NCBI GenBank assembly: GCA_023345925.1
Contig: JAJQQN010000586.1
Location: 1 to 33,022, forward strand
Origin: Vannella sp.
Taxonomy: Eukaryota
Reading direction: 5' to 3'
Length of the DNA stretch: 33,022 nucleotides
This document shows, one piece after another, positions 20,690 through 32,048 of this stretch; positions within the stretch are counted from its first letter, which is position 1, and each line of letters starts with the position of its first letter. Made by a program: the position numbers and the translations under genes. The notes under the pieces were generated by a model. That model did no database searches and was not told where the DNA came from. It worked only from the letters and a program-made list of their open reading frames with translations.

Positions 20690-22615
20690 ATGCTCGCAAC
20701 GAAGGAGCCTGAGTTTGCTAGGAGGCTCCCATTGGATGGGTTGAGAGGCGTGTTCGTCCTTGTGGTGATTCTGTTCCATTTGGACTTTGAATGGATACGG
20801 ATCGGCTTCGTGGGTGTGGACGCCTTCTTCGTTCTCTCTGGCTTTGTGATCACCAGCATACTTGCAGTGCAGCAGAGCAGCAATGAATCCTTCCACTTCA
20901 GCAAATTCTACGCTCGACGGTGCATGCGCTTGTTTCCCGTCTCCGCCTTGGTCCTTATCGTGGCCGCCCTCTTCACCCGCTCCTTCACCACTGCCACCAA
21001 CGTTGGCAAGATGAGGTCAGCATTCCTTTGTGCGGGTGCATACAGCGAGAACTGGTACCTTAGGTGGTCCAACAACGACTACTTCTCCCAAGGCATCGGT
21101 CGCAACCCCATCCTCCACTACTGGTCCCTCGCTGTCGAAGAGCAGTTCTACTTTGTGTGGCCTTTGCTACTGTTTGTATGCTACAAGATCGGAAGGACCC
21201 ACGAGAAAGTCTTCCGTCTTGTTGTGGCTCTTTTTCTTGCATTTGCCACTTGGACAGTCGTTGCTGTGCTTCAGGGAGCCAATGTTAGCTCTATTTACTA
21301 CGGCACACAATTTCGGATCTATCAGCTTCTTACGGGAGCTTGCCTGGGCCTTTGGAAGCTGTCAATGCGTGGGGAAAAGGAACTTTCTTCCTCCCTTTGC
21401 GGGGCAATGTCATACACAGGTATGGGGTGCTTTTTATGCTTGGCCCTCTATCCCTTCAATGTGAGCCCCATCGTGGCAGGAGCCATATCAACAGGATGCA
21501 TGGCTCTGATGATTGTGGGATTCGAGGGAAACTCCTCCACTCTCTTGGCCAATGCCCTTTCCGGGGCCGTCTTCCAAAGGTTGGGACTGTACTCGTATGC
21601 CATGTATCTCTGGCACTATCCTTTGATCTTTGCAGAGGAGATCACCCGAACCCACGGCACCCAAACAGATCCATTACTTCGCGGAGGAGCTCTCGTTCTT
21701 GCCACCATCGCGATGTCAGCTCTGACGCACCTGCTGATTGAGCAGCCTCTGAAGAAAGTCCGATTAACATCATTCATGACATTGGTGTGCGCGGTAATTG
21801 GTTCCCTTGCCCTGTTGGCAAGTCTTAGTGCAATTCTGCCTCCTTCGGTAGAGTTCGTGCCCAATCCCAAATGGATCCCAACCTCTGAGCTGGATCGCGG
21901 AACCTCAATGCCTCCCGTTGATGTGGGTGGCGGGCACTTAGAGCTTGGCCCAGCACGATTCGTTGGGGACTCGTTCCTGGACGAGTGGACTCCCGTCTTA
22001 CAGCGACTTCTTGATCCTTTGGACCTGACTACTCAGTTCAGTCATCCTTGGATGAGAATCATCCCCGATTTCAGTGGGGGCAACTATGATGGAATACCGC
22101 ACTCCGGTCCCCTCTGGGATGCGATCAACCGACAGCCTCCGCCAAGGTCCTTGATTCTCTTTTCCTATTCCTTCATTGGTAATGATCGGATTCGCTGTCT
22201 TGAAGAGAAGGATTGCCCCTTTGCGGCAAAGAGGACCCCAGAATGGGCGGCAATTGTGAAGGAAGGGGCGAAGGATGCACTGAAAGATGTGTCACCTGCC
22301 ACAAAGATAGTTATTGTACTCCCACACCGGGTCACTTATGGCAGAGACTTCAAGCGCTGCATCCAAAACGGAGATCCTTCCTGCAAAGTGAAAGCAACCG
22401 AGGACGGATTCGATGAGTCGCGCCAGGCTCTCATCGACTTTGCCAATGAAAACGGCATCACCTTGGTTAGCTTGGACGATATCGTTTGTCCCAAACAGAT
22501 CTGCGAGAACATCGTTAACGGAATCTCTCAGTTCCGGGATGAACATCACATCTCACGAGAGTACGCAGATATGATCACTCCTCAATTCGTGGACCTTCTT
22601 GGCCGTTACTTTTGA
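20690..22615 (+). CDS. Acyltransferase-3 + SGNH fusion O-acyltransferase (OafA/OatA-like)
   Basis: LDGLRG, GFVGVDAFFVLSGFVIT, FYARRCMRLFP, HYWSLAVEEQFY, SYAMYLWHYP, then SGNH GDS and DEHH. The 641 codons are uninterrupted. A short upstream exon from ATG 20626 is possible. Confidence 0.93.
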   Translation: MLATKEPEFARRLPLDGLRGVFVLVVILFHLDFEWIRIGFVGVDAFFVLSGFVITSILAVQQSSNESFHFSKFYARRCMRLFPVSALVLIVAALFTRSFTTATNVGKMRSAFLCAGAYSENWYLRWSNNDYFSQGIGRNPILHYWSLAVEEQFYFVWPLLLFVCYKIGRTHEKVFRLVVALFLAFATWTVVAVLQGANVSSIYYGTQFRIYQLLTGACLGLWKLSMRGEKELSSSLCGAMSYTGMGCFLCLALYPFNVSPIVAGAISTGCMALMIVGFEGNSSTLLANALSGAVFQRLGLYSYAMYLWHYPLIFAEEITRTHGTQTDPLLRGGALVLATIAMSALTHLLIEQPLKKVRLTSFMTLVCAVIGSLALLASLSAILPPSVEFVPNPKWIPTSELDRGTSMPPVDVGGGHLELGPARFVGDSFLDEWTPVLQRLLDPLDLTTQFSHPWMRIIPDFSGGNYDGIPHSGPLWDAINRQPPPRSLILFSYSFIGNDRIRCLEEKDCPFAAKRTPEWAAIVKEGAKDALKDVSPATKIVIVLPHRVTYGRDFKRCIQNGDPSCKVKATEDGFDESRQALIDFANENGITLVSLDDIVCPKQICENIVNGISQFRDEHHISREYADMITPQFVDLLGRYF

Positions 22616-22696
22616 CAGCATCAAAATCAGACTGTCAAAGAATAAAACAAAAGGCTCATAGCATTTGGAACTGTTGTGAGTGAGCTGTTTAGCACT

Positions 22697-25600
22697 TTAT
22701 GGCTTTTTGCTGCCGCAAGTGTCACATTCTGAATGCTCTTGCTCATTAATAACCGTGCAAGTTGTACAAACCCAATTTCCATTTGACTGAGGTGCGGGAG
22801 ATCCGCACACAGAGCAAGTTGTCACAAAAGGGCTGTTATCCATTGTACAGGCGGTACAGCTCCAAGGTTGTTCTACCTCCTGTTCGTCACTTGGAAGAGC
22901 TTCCCGACTAGAGGTGAGCCGAGATCCTTTGAATCCCTCTTCTCCTTTCCCATTCTTCTTGGAGGTACGTGGCTTCTGCACCAGGACGGGTGTAACCGGG
23001 GCGGGTGAGATTTTTTGGTCCACTTTCGCAGGATAGTTCAAGAACACTATTGCTCTTCCAGTGATGTTAGTACAAAAGTAAATGGAATACAGGCCGTACT
23101 CTTGAACAAGGAGAGAGTCCCTAATAGAAGTCTCGTCCACCAATTCTGCGTCTCGGTAAGTCAAGATTTGTTGCCCAGGCTCGATTCCAGTGGCCTCAGT
23201 GATCTTCAGCTTCATAAATGCGACGCTTTCGTCTCCACTAACGGTAATGAACACCCTTTTAGGGCGACCAACTGGCAAACGAGCGAAGAAGGGCTCTGAC
23301 TTGGAATAAGGCACTTCCACCCACACTTTGCCCTTTTCCAAAGCCGCTGCCCTCCTTTCAAGCGATTGGCGATAAATCCACACAGTACAATCGTCGCAAG
23401 ATGGTGGGTCACTCGCGCATTTCCCGTTCGACTTGGTGATCCGAATCTGCGGACCTCCGGAATAGGAGAGAACCAGCTGCTTCCAATCAGCCTCAGAAAC
23501 AATTTGGTAGGCTCGTCCGGTCTCCTTTGCAATGCTGGGATCCACATAGTTCAGATCATGCGCCAGGCCACCATGCTCGCAAAGGAGAGAACCGTTATCT
23601 TATCCCGCAAAGGTGAGTCCAAAAGAATTCGGGGTGATGACGTACCAAAGGGACCTGGTTTTTCCTGTTTAGGAGACTTAATGAAGCTCTTCCATTCCAT
23701 GTGCCATCCACTGGCAATCAAAAAATAAGGAATGTTGTCCTTCAGTGCATCCATTCGGAAGGGGGAAACCAAGGAAGGGAGAGATATCTCCACAACAATT
23801 AGATGGATTAAAACTAGTGGCATACGGCAAACTTACCCGTTCCGCGAGGCGAATGTCAGTTGCTTTCTTTGCTTCAGATTTCTCCAATTGAAGAATCTCG
23901 TGGCACTCTGCACAGTGCTTTGTGGGGAATGGAAAAGCGGTAGAACGAGGATAACATTCGCTCAAGTAGTTCCAAACCTCACTAGTAACTGAATACCGCG
24001 CCTTCCTATCAAGAGAAAGGTTACCGTGAGCGCATGTGATGACAGCATTGATACTGTCATCAATATCTTGGTCCAGTTTGGCACTTCTCCACGCCTCTAA
24101 CCAGGGAAGGGATACCCAAAATCCTACGGCCTTTTCACAGGTTCGGCGAGACTCAGTGACCATCTTCTGTCGCAATTTAGTGCGCTCTTGTACCATTGTC
24201 TTTGAGCCCACAAGCTCCAAAGCACACACAATGCAAGCGTCCTCCTTCTTTAAAATAGGTCCACCTCCATATTGACCATGAAGCAATTCCCATGCGGCAC
24301 CGGAAATCCTTTTTGACGGCAGCGACGGATTAAGTTTGTTGTGGGGACAACAAAGAGCCTCATTGTCAATTGGAGGAACCTCCTCTCCTAGTACCCATTG
24401 CTTCAACCAAGCAGGGTTAATCCAATATGAGCTAGTTGGATCACAGTCCGGGCTATTTTCCTCTTGAATCGGTGCCAAACGAAGGAACTTCCGATAAAGT
24501 TGGGTGTGGAACTCCAGAGCCGCATATTTCTCTGCGTTTTTCTCCGTAAAATCGTCTGCTCGGAACTGCAGTATCCCATTGACTTTCTCGACATGCTCCT
24601 TTGCTGCGGTGGAGGGTAATACCTCAACTTCCGGTCGCTCATCTTTGGTGTAAATCAACATATAGGCGTTCCCAGATCTAGCTCTGTCACTTTGAAGAGG
24701 TTTCTCGCACTCTTGAGCAAGTCCATACAATTGGCGACTGTCTCTATCGAAGTCACCAATATTGGTACAGCCAAAAAGGCTAGTAATCTCGCTATCATTG
24801 AACTTCCACCACTCGCCTGTTGCCTCGTCGCAAATGTGAGCCATGTAATGCCCAGAAGTTGCGTTATCGCCCATATGCAAAAGCACTGCGGACAAGTGAT
24901 AGTCTCGAGACAAAAAGGGATCGTCCGTTGGCTTGCTCACAACATACGGCGACATGTTCAATCTCAAAGGGAAGGAAATTTCGCGCTGATGCTTGCGGCG
25001 GGAGAGGGTTTGAGGATCGTACTCGAACCGTCCCAACTGGATGTTGAGGACAGGCGGGAGTTCGTCAATGAACATCTTTCTATCAGCATCTGCAAGATGC
25101 TCACATTTCTCACAACGGTACTGGTTGTCTCCGGACATCTCCTCCGGGGTAAGAATGTTTTGCAGGGTTTTCTCCAAAGAACTGTCAAGATGGTTCAGGG
25201 AGAGCTCCAAGAAGGAGGAAGGCGCAGAGCAGATGGTTTTACACTCTCTACACTTGGTTTTGAAACAAGTTTCCCCTCTAAACTGCTCCCGGACGGTCTC
25301 GCGTATGCCAAACTCTTCGGGTGTCTTGTGGAAGAGATCTTCGAGGTGGTTCATCAGGAGATTGTTGAACTCCTGTACGTCCTCTTGAACAGAAGTGTTG
25401 ATGCCTAACAAGTGAGTGATAGCCTCGGGAGAACACGCTTTCATCTTGGACAATTGCATTGTGGCAAAGAGCTTTTGTAACTCCACCAAGAAGGACTGTT
25501 CCTTCTACCAATCGGTGAGATAGAGTCCCTCAACATGTATCTAAAGGTTACCTTGTCCTCAAAGGCAGTGGGGCATTGGTAAACCGCCTGTCGAAAGGAA

Positions 25601-26271
25601 TGGTTCATGAACAAGCATTGTAACATGGTATTGAGGTAACAGGTGGCACCCAGATTCTGAGCATGGTTATCTTTAGTATTAACCTTCCAATAGCTTCGTT
25701 CACTCACCTTGAGACCCACAAATGGAGCTGTTCGAAGAGTGTCAGATGGATCGATCTGATCCCCATCACTGTGGGCCCAGATACCCTCCCTGAACTCTCC
25801 AAACCCTCTTATACAAAGAGGGTTATCTCGACAGTTCCGTGTGTGCCCATCAGCGCCAAAGGAGCCGTCTAGTGAAGTGAGAAAGGCGAGGGTTGACTGT
25901 AAACCTCTGCACTCACCTGCCCAGACGCAAGGCTTGGCGTTCAGCCTAAACACTCTGTTGAGAACGTTTTCTTCGTGTTGTTGTTGAGCCTTAAGGGCCT
26001 TCTCTGCCTCTCTCTTGCGCCTCTCCTCCGCCTCTCTCTGTTCTCTCTCTCGATTGCGAATGTTCCATTGGCTCTCTTCCACTGAACCGTTCTTCTTTGA
26101 AACATTTGATGGTGATGAAGGCGTCACTCGTCCCTGTGCAAAGCCCTTAGGGGAAGACTTCTGGGTTGCTCCTCCTCGACCGCCACCCTTCTTCCCTTGC
26201 GCAGTACTTTCCTTCAGCCTTTGTTTCGCAGATGCCTCCTCCGCCTTACGGCGCGCTCCAGCTTTTGGCAT
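22697..26271 (-). CDS. USP48: Ubiquitin C-terminal hydrolase USP48/UBP26-like with DUSP repeats, UBL and two C-terminal RanBP2/NZF zinc fingers
   Basis: RNCRDNPLCIRGFGE, GLK|NLGATCYLN (Cys box), QEDVQEF, NQYRCEKC, LLHMGDNATSGHYMAH...WWKFND, NAYMLIY, DUSP motifs CPHNKL/CAHGNL/CEHGGL, EEGFKGS, then two W.C..CT..N......C..C fingers. Confidence 0.9.
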
Positions 26272-26399
26272 CCTTCAGGCTTCAAAGGCAAGGAAAAACT
26301 AACCAAAAAAAGGTCCGAATTGGATAGACTTTGGGGCTCTATCTGATTATGTTGATTTAAATGAGGAACAATGTTTTGAGGAAATCATTTTTTGGAGCG

Positions 26400-27216
26400 A
26401 TGGGGAAGGACGGAACGTTGTTCATCCGCGGGCTTGCGTCGCAGACAACTGCAAAGGGTCTTGCGATGGAGTTTGAGCCTTTTGGGGACCTTCTTCGATG
26501 TGACATTCCATTCTCTCAGGGCGTGTCTAAAGGGTAAGTAGCAATGGGACGGGAAGGGGCCGAACAACAAGTGTAAAGGAGGTTCTCATCTTCCGTCCGT
26601 TGTGTGATGCAGGTACGCCTTTGTAGAGTTTGTCAACGACAAGGATGCCGATGATGCCTATCAGGGCTTGAGAGACCTAACCGTGGATGGTCGCCGTCTC
26701 ACAATTGAGGTAACCAAGGCAACCAGAACGCCATCTGAAGCACCTTCTAACAGGCCTTGTGTAGCGCGCAAAGCGGGCTCCTAACCAGTCTTGGAGGTGA
26801 GGAGGTGGATGGCGTTGAGGGATCCTTACTCACCAGGACACCTAGCGCTGAGTCCCCTCCAAGGCGCCGTTCTTCTCCAAGACGCGAATATAGGCGAAGC
26901 CCGCCACGATCTCGTTCCCCCTCACCAAAGAGGGCTCGAGGACGTTCCCCTTCTCCTCCTCGTCGCAGATATCGCTCTCCGCCAAGAGATAAGCGCTCCC
27001 CCGACAGACGACGACGACACGGAAGATCGCCCTCTCCGCCGAGAGATAAACATCGCGGAGATTCTCCACGCAGAAGGTCTCCTCCTCGTGGATCCCCTCC
27101 TCGTGGATCTCCTCGTCCGCGCCGAAGTCCACCAAGGTGAGTTTATTGATATCCTTAGTCATTCCCCGTCATCCACCGACTGCCATTATAGAGATAATTC
27201 GCGCGATAGAAGATAA
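26400..27216 (+). CDS. SR-family splicing factor (RRM + RS/RSP domain), multi-exon
   Basis: MGKDGTLFIRGL...KG|YAFVEF...DADDAY...VDGRRLTIE, followed by RSPSP/RSPPR repeats. Last exon inferred to end at TAA 27216. Confidence 0.88.
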
Positions 27217-27309
27217 AACGGAATAAAGTTCGAGAAGAAGTATTGGAAAGAATTATTTAATAAATCACAGTTGTTAGGAGTTGTACAACAAAGGAGCCGA
27301 GAAGACTGA

Positions 27310-27708
27310 TTAGTAGTCTTGAGAAGCATCGCCACCCTCCTTGGTCTTGGACTTGGGAGGGAGGAGGATGGGGTTGATGTTGGGGATAACACCACCAGAG
27401 GCGATTGTGACGTTTGCGAGGAGCTTGTTCAACTCTTCGTCGTTGCGGATAGCAAGCTGAATGTGACGGGGGATGATACGGACTCGCTTGTTGTCGCGAG
27501 AGGCGTTTCCGGCAAGTTCGAGAATCTCAGCAGCGAGGTACTCAAGGACAGCTGCGAGGTAGACAGGGGCACCAGCACCAATACGGGCAGCGTGTCTTCC
27601 TTCACGGAGTTGACGGTGAATGCGACCGACGGGGAACTGGAGTCCAGCCTTGTTCGATCGGGTGGTGGAGGGGCCCTTAGCCTTCTTAGTTTCAGCTCGT
27701 CCAGACAT
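27310..27708 (-). CDS. H2A: Histone H2A with H2A.X-type SQDY tail (intronless)
   Basis: MSGR...[16 protein letters not shown]...[24 protein letters not shown]...[21 protein letters not shown]...GGVIPNI...ASQDY*. Confidence 0.98.
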   Translation of the reverse strand: MSGRAETKKAKGPSTTRSNKAGLQFPVGRIHRQLREGRHAARIGAGAPVYLAAVLEYLAAEILELAGNASRDNKRVRIIPRHIQLAIRNDEELNKLLANVTIASGGVIPNINPILLPPKSKTKEGGDASQDY

Positions 27709-27793
27709 GTTGTTTGAGTAGTTGATCAGATGAATGCTCAACGTCGAGAGCAAGGCTTTATTCACTCAGAGCAGAAGCGTATCCGATCGTTTC

Positions 27794-27803
27794 AGCCAAT
27801 CAG
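27794..27803. promoter_or_regulatory. CCAAT box upstream of H2A
   Basis: AGCCAATCAG is a full NF-Y consensus about 90 nt upstream of the H2A ATG. Confidence 0.55.
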
Positions 27804-28619
27804 ATGTAAGATATGCTGTGAAACGGATTTTTGCTTTTGTGGCAACCGCTTTTTTCCCGCCTGTAACTTTTTCTCTCAACGGTCGATTCCGTTCTACAAA
27901 ACTTCATTGAGACTTAGATTATGTGATTCATTCAACTAAATTCAGTTTTAGTATCATGAGTTTTTACTGGTTCAACTGGATCGATAACTCTCAGTTTTTC
28001 TATTCTCTTGTTGTCCCGCATGTATCTTCTCATTTCGTGGTTGAAGGAGAGGCACCCTTTTCATGTGGTATCCACTGGATAAGGACTCTCCTGCTTTCGC
28101 TGTGCCATTTGGAGGGTAGCCGTGTCCTGGTCCTGATGTGCAGATCGGGTTGACGTAGACAGGTACCCTTGTTCATTGGATAACGATAACCGAAACGTCT
28201 CTACACCACTCTATCAAGTACCTAGAAGCATCCAAGAGGCCATGTTCTTGGGAACGGAGGCAAGCACTTGCTATGGAAGCTTGGAGTTATCGACGCAGCC
28301 TCACAATGGGCACCATACCACGACTTCGGGACAAACTGGGATGATACCAAGCCGGACCAATCGTTTGCTCAACATGCGAGAAAAAAGCAAGGGACCATCA
28401 TGCCCATTCAACCAGAGGTTCCTACAACAATAAATCTCTTAGAAGGAGCAGTCGCCGCAGTCGATTCCAGCAAACTGGATCATCAAGCGCTTCAAGAGCG
28501 AGGTCAAGGTTGCTCCTTGAAGGCAGTATTAGGGTGCCTTCCTCAGCCTCATTGGATTTCCAGGAAAGCAATCAGGATTGCTGTTTGCACTGATTTATAC
28601 TGATGTTTTCCATTTGCGA

Positions 28620-30798
28620 ATGTCCACAGCAAAGAAGTCGGGACGGGAGAAGGCTGAGAAGAAGAAGACAAAGCCTGCGAAGGTGCCTGTGAAGGAGGGG
28701 AAGAAGGAGGGAAGGGAAGCACCCGATAGCCCCTCTGATAAAGGTTCAAACAAGAAGGTCAATTGGCGGTCCCTCCCACGACCAGGAAAGCGAGGGCGCG
28801 CGCTCAATGCGGAGACTGGGGAGTCTCCCCCCGTCGAATCCAAGAGGAAGAGAAGCTTGTTGGTGTAATCTAGTAACTTCCCAATACGTCTAACTGGTGA
28901 TGGTCCAGATCATCCATGTCTGGGGAGGAGGGGGAGAACAAGGAAGCAACGCCTTCATATTCACCAGAGGGCGCTGCTACTTCGCCCCCAGAACCGCTTT
29001 CACCCGTGGCCAAAGATCGCACAAAGAGCACTTTACTCTCTAAACGATCAAGTGCTGGGCCAGGGGTGGCTCTCTCAGCTCATCCTCTTCGATTCCCCTT
29101 AGACTTCACCCAGTTTGAGCGGATTGCATCGACAAGTACAGGCGAAGTGTTTCGTGTGCAACATAATCAAGATGGATCCGAGTACGGTAAGTCGCACGTC
29201 TACCTTCGTTCATGTCCTTTGGTTAACGAACTCGTAGCGGTGAAGAAGATCTGCTTTCCTCACTTTGATGAGTCTCAAGAGTCGTACAAACTCCTCTTAC
29301 ATGAGGCTAAAACTCTGGCACATCTCTCACATCCAAATATCGTCAAATACTACAACTCCTGGATTGAATTGGACGAACCAGCAGCCTCTGGCAAGGCTCC
29401 AGAGGACACTTACCAATCCTTCGTCCTTCAAATGGGATCTCCTCTCTCTACCGTGCGGAGGACACTCTCCAGCATTGATGAGGGGTCATTCTCAGAGGGC
29501 ATCGACTCCTCCATCACAGCGATCACCTTTACTGAGGTAAGGGCTTTCTTCAAGCATCGTGTGACAACTTAGTTTGCTTCATTCTAGTACAATCTCACTT
29601 CAGAAGCTGACCAGTTTGACGGAGCCTCTGATGACGCAACAGACAATGACTTTGTGTGCGACAATGAAAACTTCCCTTTTGGGGATGATGTAAGCATTCC
29701 GTCTTGTTTCAACGTATTGTACAATCTTATCGCTTACCAAAACATTAGTTTTCATCACAAAAGTTGCTCACAAACCAGCGGGTGACTTTGTACATTCAAA
29801 CAGAGTTGTATTCGACGACTCTGCAGGACTATTTGAATCAAAGTAAGATCGAGTTGTATCGTATGGTTTGGTAGATCTCATAGATGGCATAGGAGGGGCT
29901 GTGGATGGCCATGTGTCTCTCACAATATTCGCTCAGATACTATTGGGTGTTCGTTACTTGCATGGCAAGTGTTTGATGCATCGTGACCTTCGACCTACCA
30001 ACATATTCATCTTTCGGCATGGTTCTGAGGAGTCTGAAGGCAGTAATGTGGTCAAGATTGGTGATTTCAGTGTCAGCACTGATGCTGTTCCTTATCTTTA
30101 TGCTGAGAGCCACAATGCCGAAGCGGGCCAAACCAACCCCGAAAGGAATGATGCAGAAGATATCTTACATCCTGTCATTGGAGACTATGCATACGCTAGC
30201 CCAGAACAGAGAAGAGGAGTTCCGTGCTCGCAGTCGGTGAGTCTCTGCATGGAAGAGTGTGAGAGCTTCCAGACTGATTCTCCACTTCAGACAGACATTT
30301 TCTCTCTTGGTGTCATTCTCTTCGAGCTGTTCTACGACTGCACTAAGAATCGAGACCGATTAATCAAAGAATTACGAAGGCGCATTCTCCCTTCTCAGGT
30401 GCTTTTAGACCACCCTCAAATCGTACGCACCTTGAAGAGCCCTCTTCCACTGCTAATCATGAGATGTATAAGGCATCCATCATCCTGTGGCTGATGTCTC
30501 CTGAACCAAGTGAGCGACCAACAGCTATCCAGATTCTAGAAAGGCAACTATTCAAGGACATTGCGTACCAGGGTCATGTGAGGAGCCTTTCCTCCTCTTC
30601 TTGCCATCGCTCTCTTCTGATGTGGATGGGATCGTTCAGGTGTTCATTCCCCAAAAGGATTTGGACGATCTCGACCAAAGGCTCCAGAGGCAAGAAAGTA
30701 CCATTCAAGAGCAGGAGAACATCATTCGGCAACAAGAAAGGCTAATCCAGGAGCTCCTTGGGAAGGAAGCTCGGGATAACCACTCCCCAGCTCTGTAG
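28620..30798 (+). CDS. eIF2-alpha kinase (HRI/PERK/GCN2 family)-like protein with degenerate motifs, multi-exon
   Basis: DGSEY|AVKKI, EAKTLAHLSHPNIVKYYNSWIE, acidic kinase insert, LYIQTELY, QILLGVRYLH, HRDLRPTNIF, VKIGDFS, YASPEQ, DIFSLGVILFEL, C-terminal coiled coil. Confidence 0.88.
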
Positions 30799-30903
30799 CA
30801 AGACCGACTCGTTTGGGATGTTGCTACTTCCAGAGCCTCGTAAACGGACATGAATTGAAGCGAAGAGTCTTTAGAGAACGACTGGGGGAGTGCTAACAGG
30901 CAC

Positions 30904-31926
30904 TTATTGCAATGGCATGGCAGTCATCGCGTTCTTCGCGGGGAGGGCTCGTCCACGGGGAATGACTTCGGACTGAGCCACGAAAGGCACAACATGTTGT
31001 TGGTTGGTCATTGTCCAGAGCTGTCCTTCTTTAGAGACCAGCATCGAGTGACCGAGGTGGAAGTCTTTGACGTTGTCGTGCTCCTCGACCTTGAACATGG
31101 TGGGTGCGCGATGGCCTTCTGGTTTGTAGAAGAAGCGAGCATTGTCTCCCCACGCCCAGACTTGGCCTTCAGTGTCCACAGCACTTTGAATGAACTCCTC
31201 ATTGCGGAAGGAGATCGAAAGATAGCTGAAGGAGGCCTCCCCTTGAGTGGGAACGACCACCCACGTCTTCGGTGAGTCACAGTCGTCAGGAAGGCCCATT
31301 TCGCGATGGCTGTTGCTTCCCAATGACCAGAGCTGACCTTCACTGTCAATCAAGAGAGCTACGTTGAAAGACCGAGCGAGGGAACGGAGGGGGGTTGGGA
31401 CAGGGTCACCAGCATTACACTTGAGGATCTGGAAGTTTCTTTCACTCTTGTCACAGCAGTACAGTCCTCCATTGATGTCCTCAGCCACCAGTTGAGTTCC
31501 ACAAGTGGCGATTTGGCGAAGAGGAGGGAAGTCCCCGGGAAGGGAAGTTGCAGGGACGAGCTCATAGTTCTTGAGAAGACGGCCTTGTTCATCAATAATG
31601 AGGAGTTCGTCTCCCAGAGCAGCGATTTGGACTGCGGTCTCCTTGTACTTGTTCGAAAGCTCAAACTTAGGATTCTCAACTGGGGAGCTCCAGAGTGCGC
31701 CTTGGACATCAAGCATGTGGAGCTCTTTCCCAGCAACAACGATGTAACGAGGTGCGGCCTCCAGGTTAACACTTGGGTCAACAAACTCGGTTTGGTTGGC
31801 CGAAACAATCCACAGGTTGTCATCCACGTCTACCACAGCGTCTCGATTACCCAAGGAGAAGAAGGGGCGACGAGACTCTCGGTGGATAACATGCGCGGCA
31901 TAGGTTTGTTCCCCAACATCAGCCAT
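30904..31926 (-). CDS. RCC1/BLIP-II-like beta-propeller protein (intronless)
   Basis: Repeats LLIDSEGQLWSLGSNSHREMG, AVDTEGQVWAWGDN, LDVQGALW and VSKEGQLW. Confidence 0.78.
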   Translation of the reverse strand: MADVGEQTYAAHVIHRESRRPFFSLGNRDAVVDVDDNLWIVSANQTEFVDPSVNLEAAPRYIVVAGKELHMLDVQGALWSSPVENPKFELSNKYKETAVQIAALGDELLIIDEQGRLLKNYELVPATSLPGDFPPLRQIATCGTQLVAEDINGGLYCCDKSERNFQILKCNAGDPVPTPLRSLARSFNVALLIDSEGQLWSLGSNSHREMGLPDDCDSPKTWVVVPTQGEASFSYLSISFRNEEFIQSAVDTEGQVWAWGDNARFFYKPEGHRAPTMFKVEEHDNVKDFHLGHSMLVSKEGQLWTMTNQQHVVPFVAQSEVIPRGRALPAKNAMTAMPLQ

Positions 31927-32048
31927 CTCGAGTGGGAAGGAAGGAAAGTGAAAGACTTCCACAAACCCGCACAAAATTTTTTAATTTTGGGAGAACTCGA
32001 CATCTCCACCAAATGTCGTCCCCTTTCAAATTGAAGTGTATTAGAAGC

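Noticed and set aside
24692..25408. Long antisense ORFs (for example 24692-25408, 15208-15756, 2112-2648, 31492-32034, 27319-27717)
   Set aside because: They are shadows of well-supported genes on the opposite strand and carry no motifs of their own.
26860..27135. Repetitive DNA such as the tandem TCCTCGTGGATC
   Set aside because: It is explained by the RS/RSPP low-complexity coding domain of the SR protein.
27260..27309. Histone 3' stem-loop after H2A
   Set aside because: GGCTCCTTTG starts like the metazoan element but has no complementary arm. The only palindrome is GTTGTACAAC.
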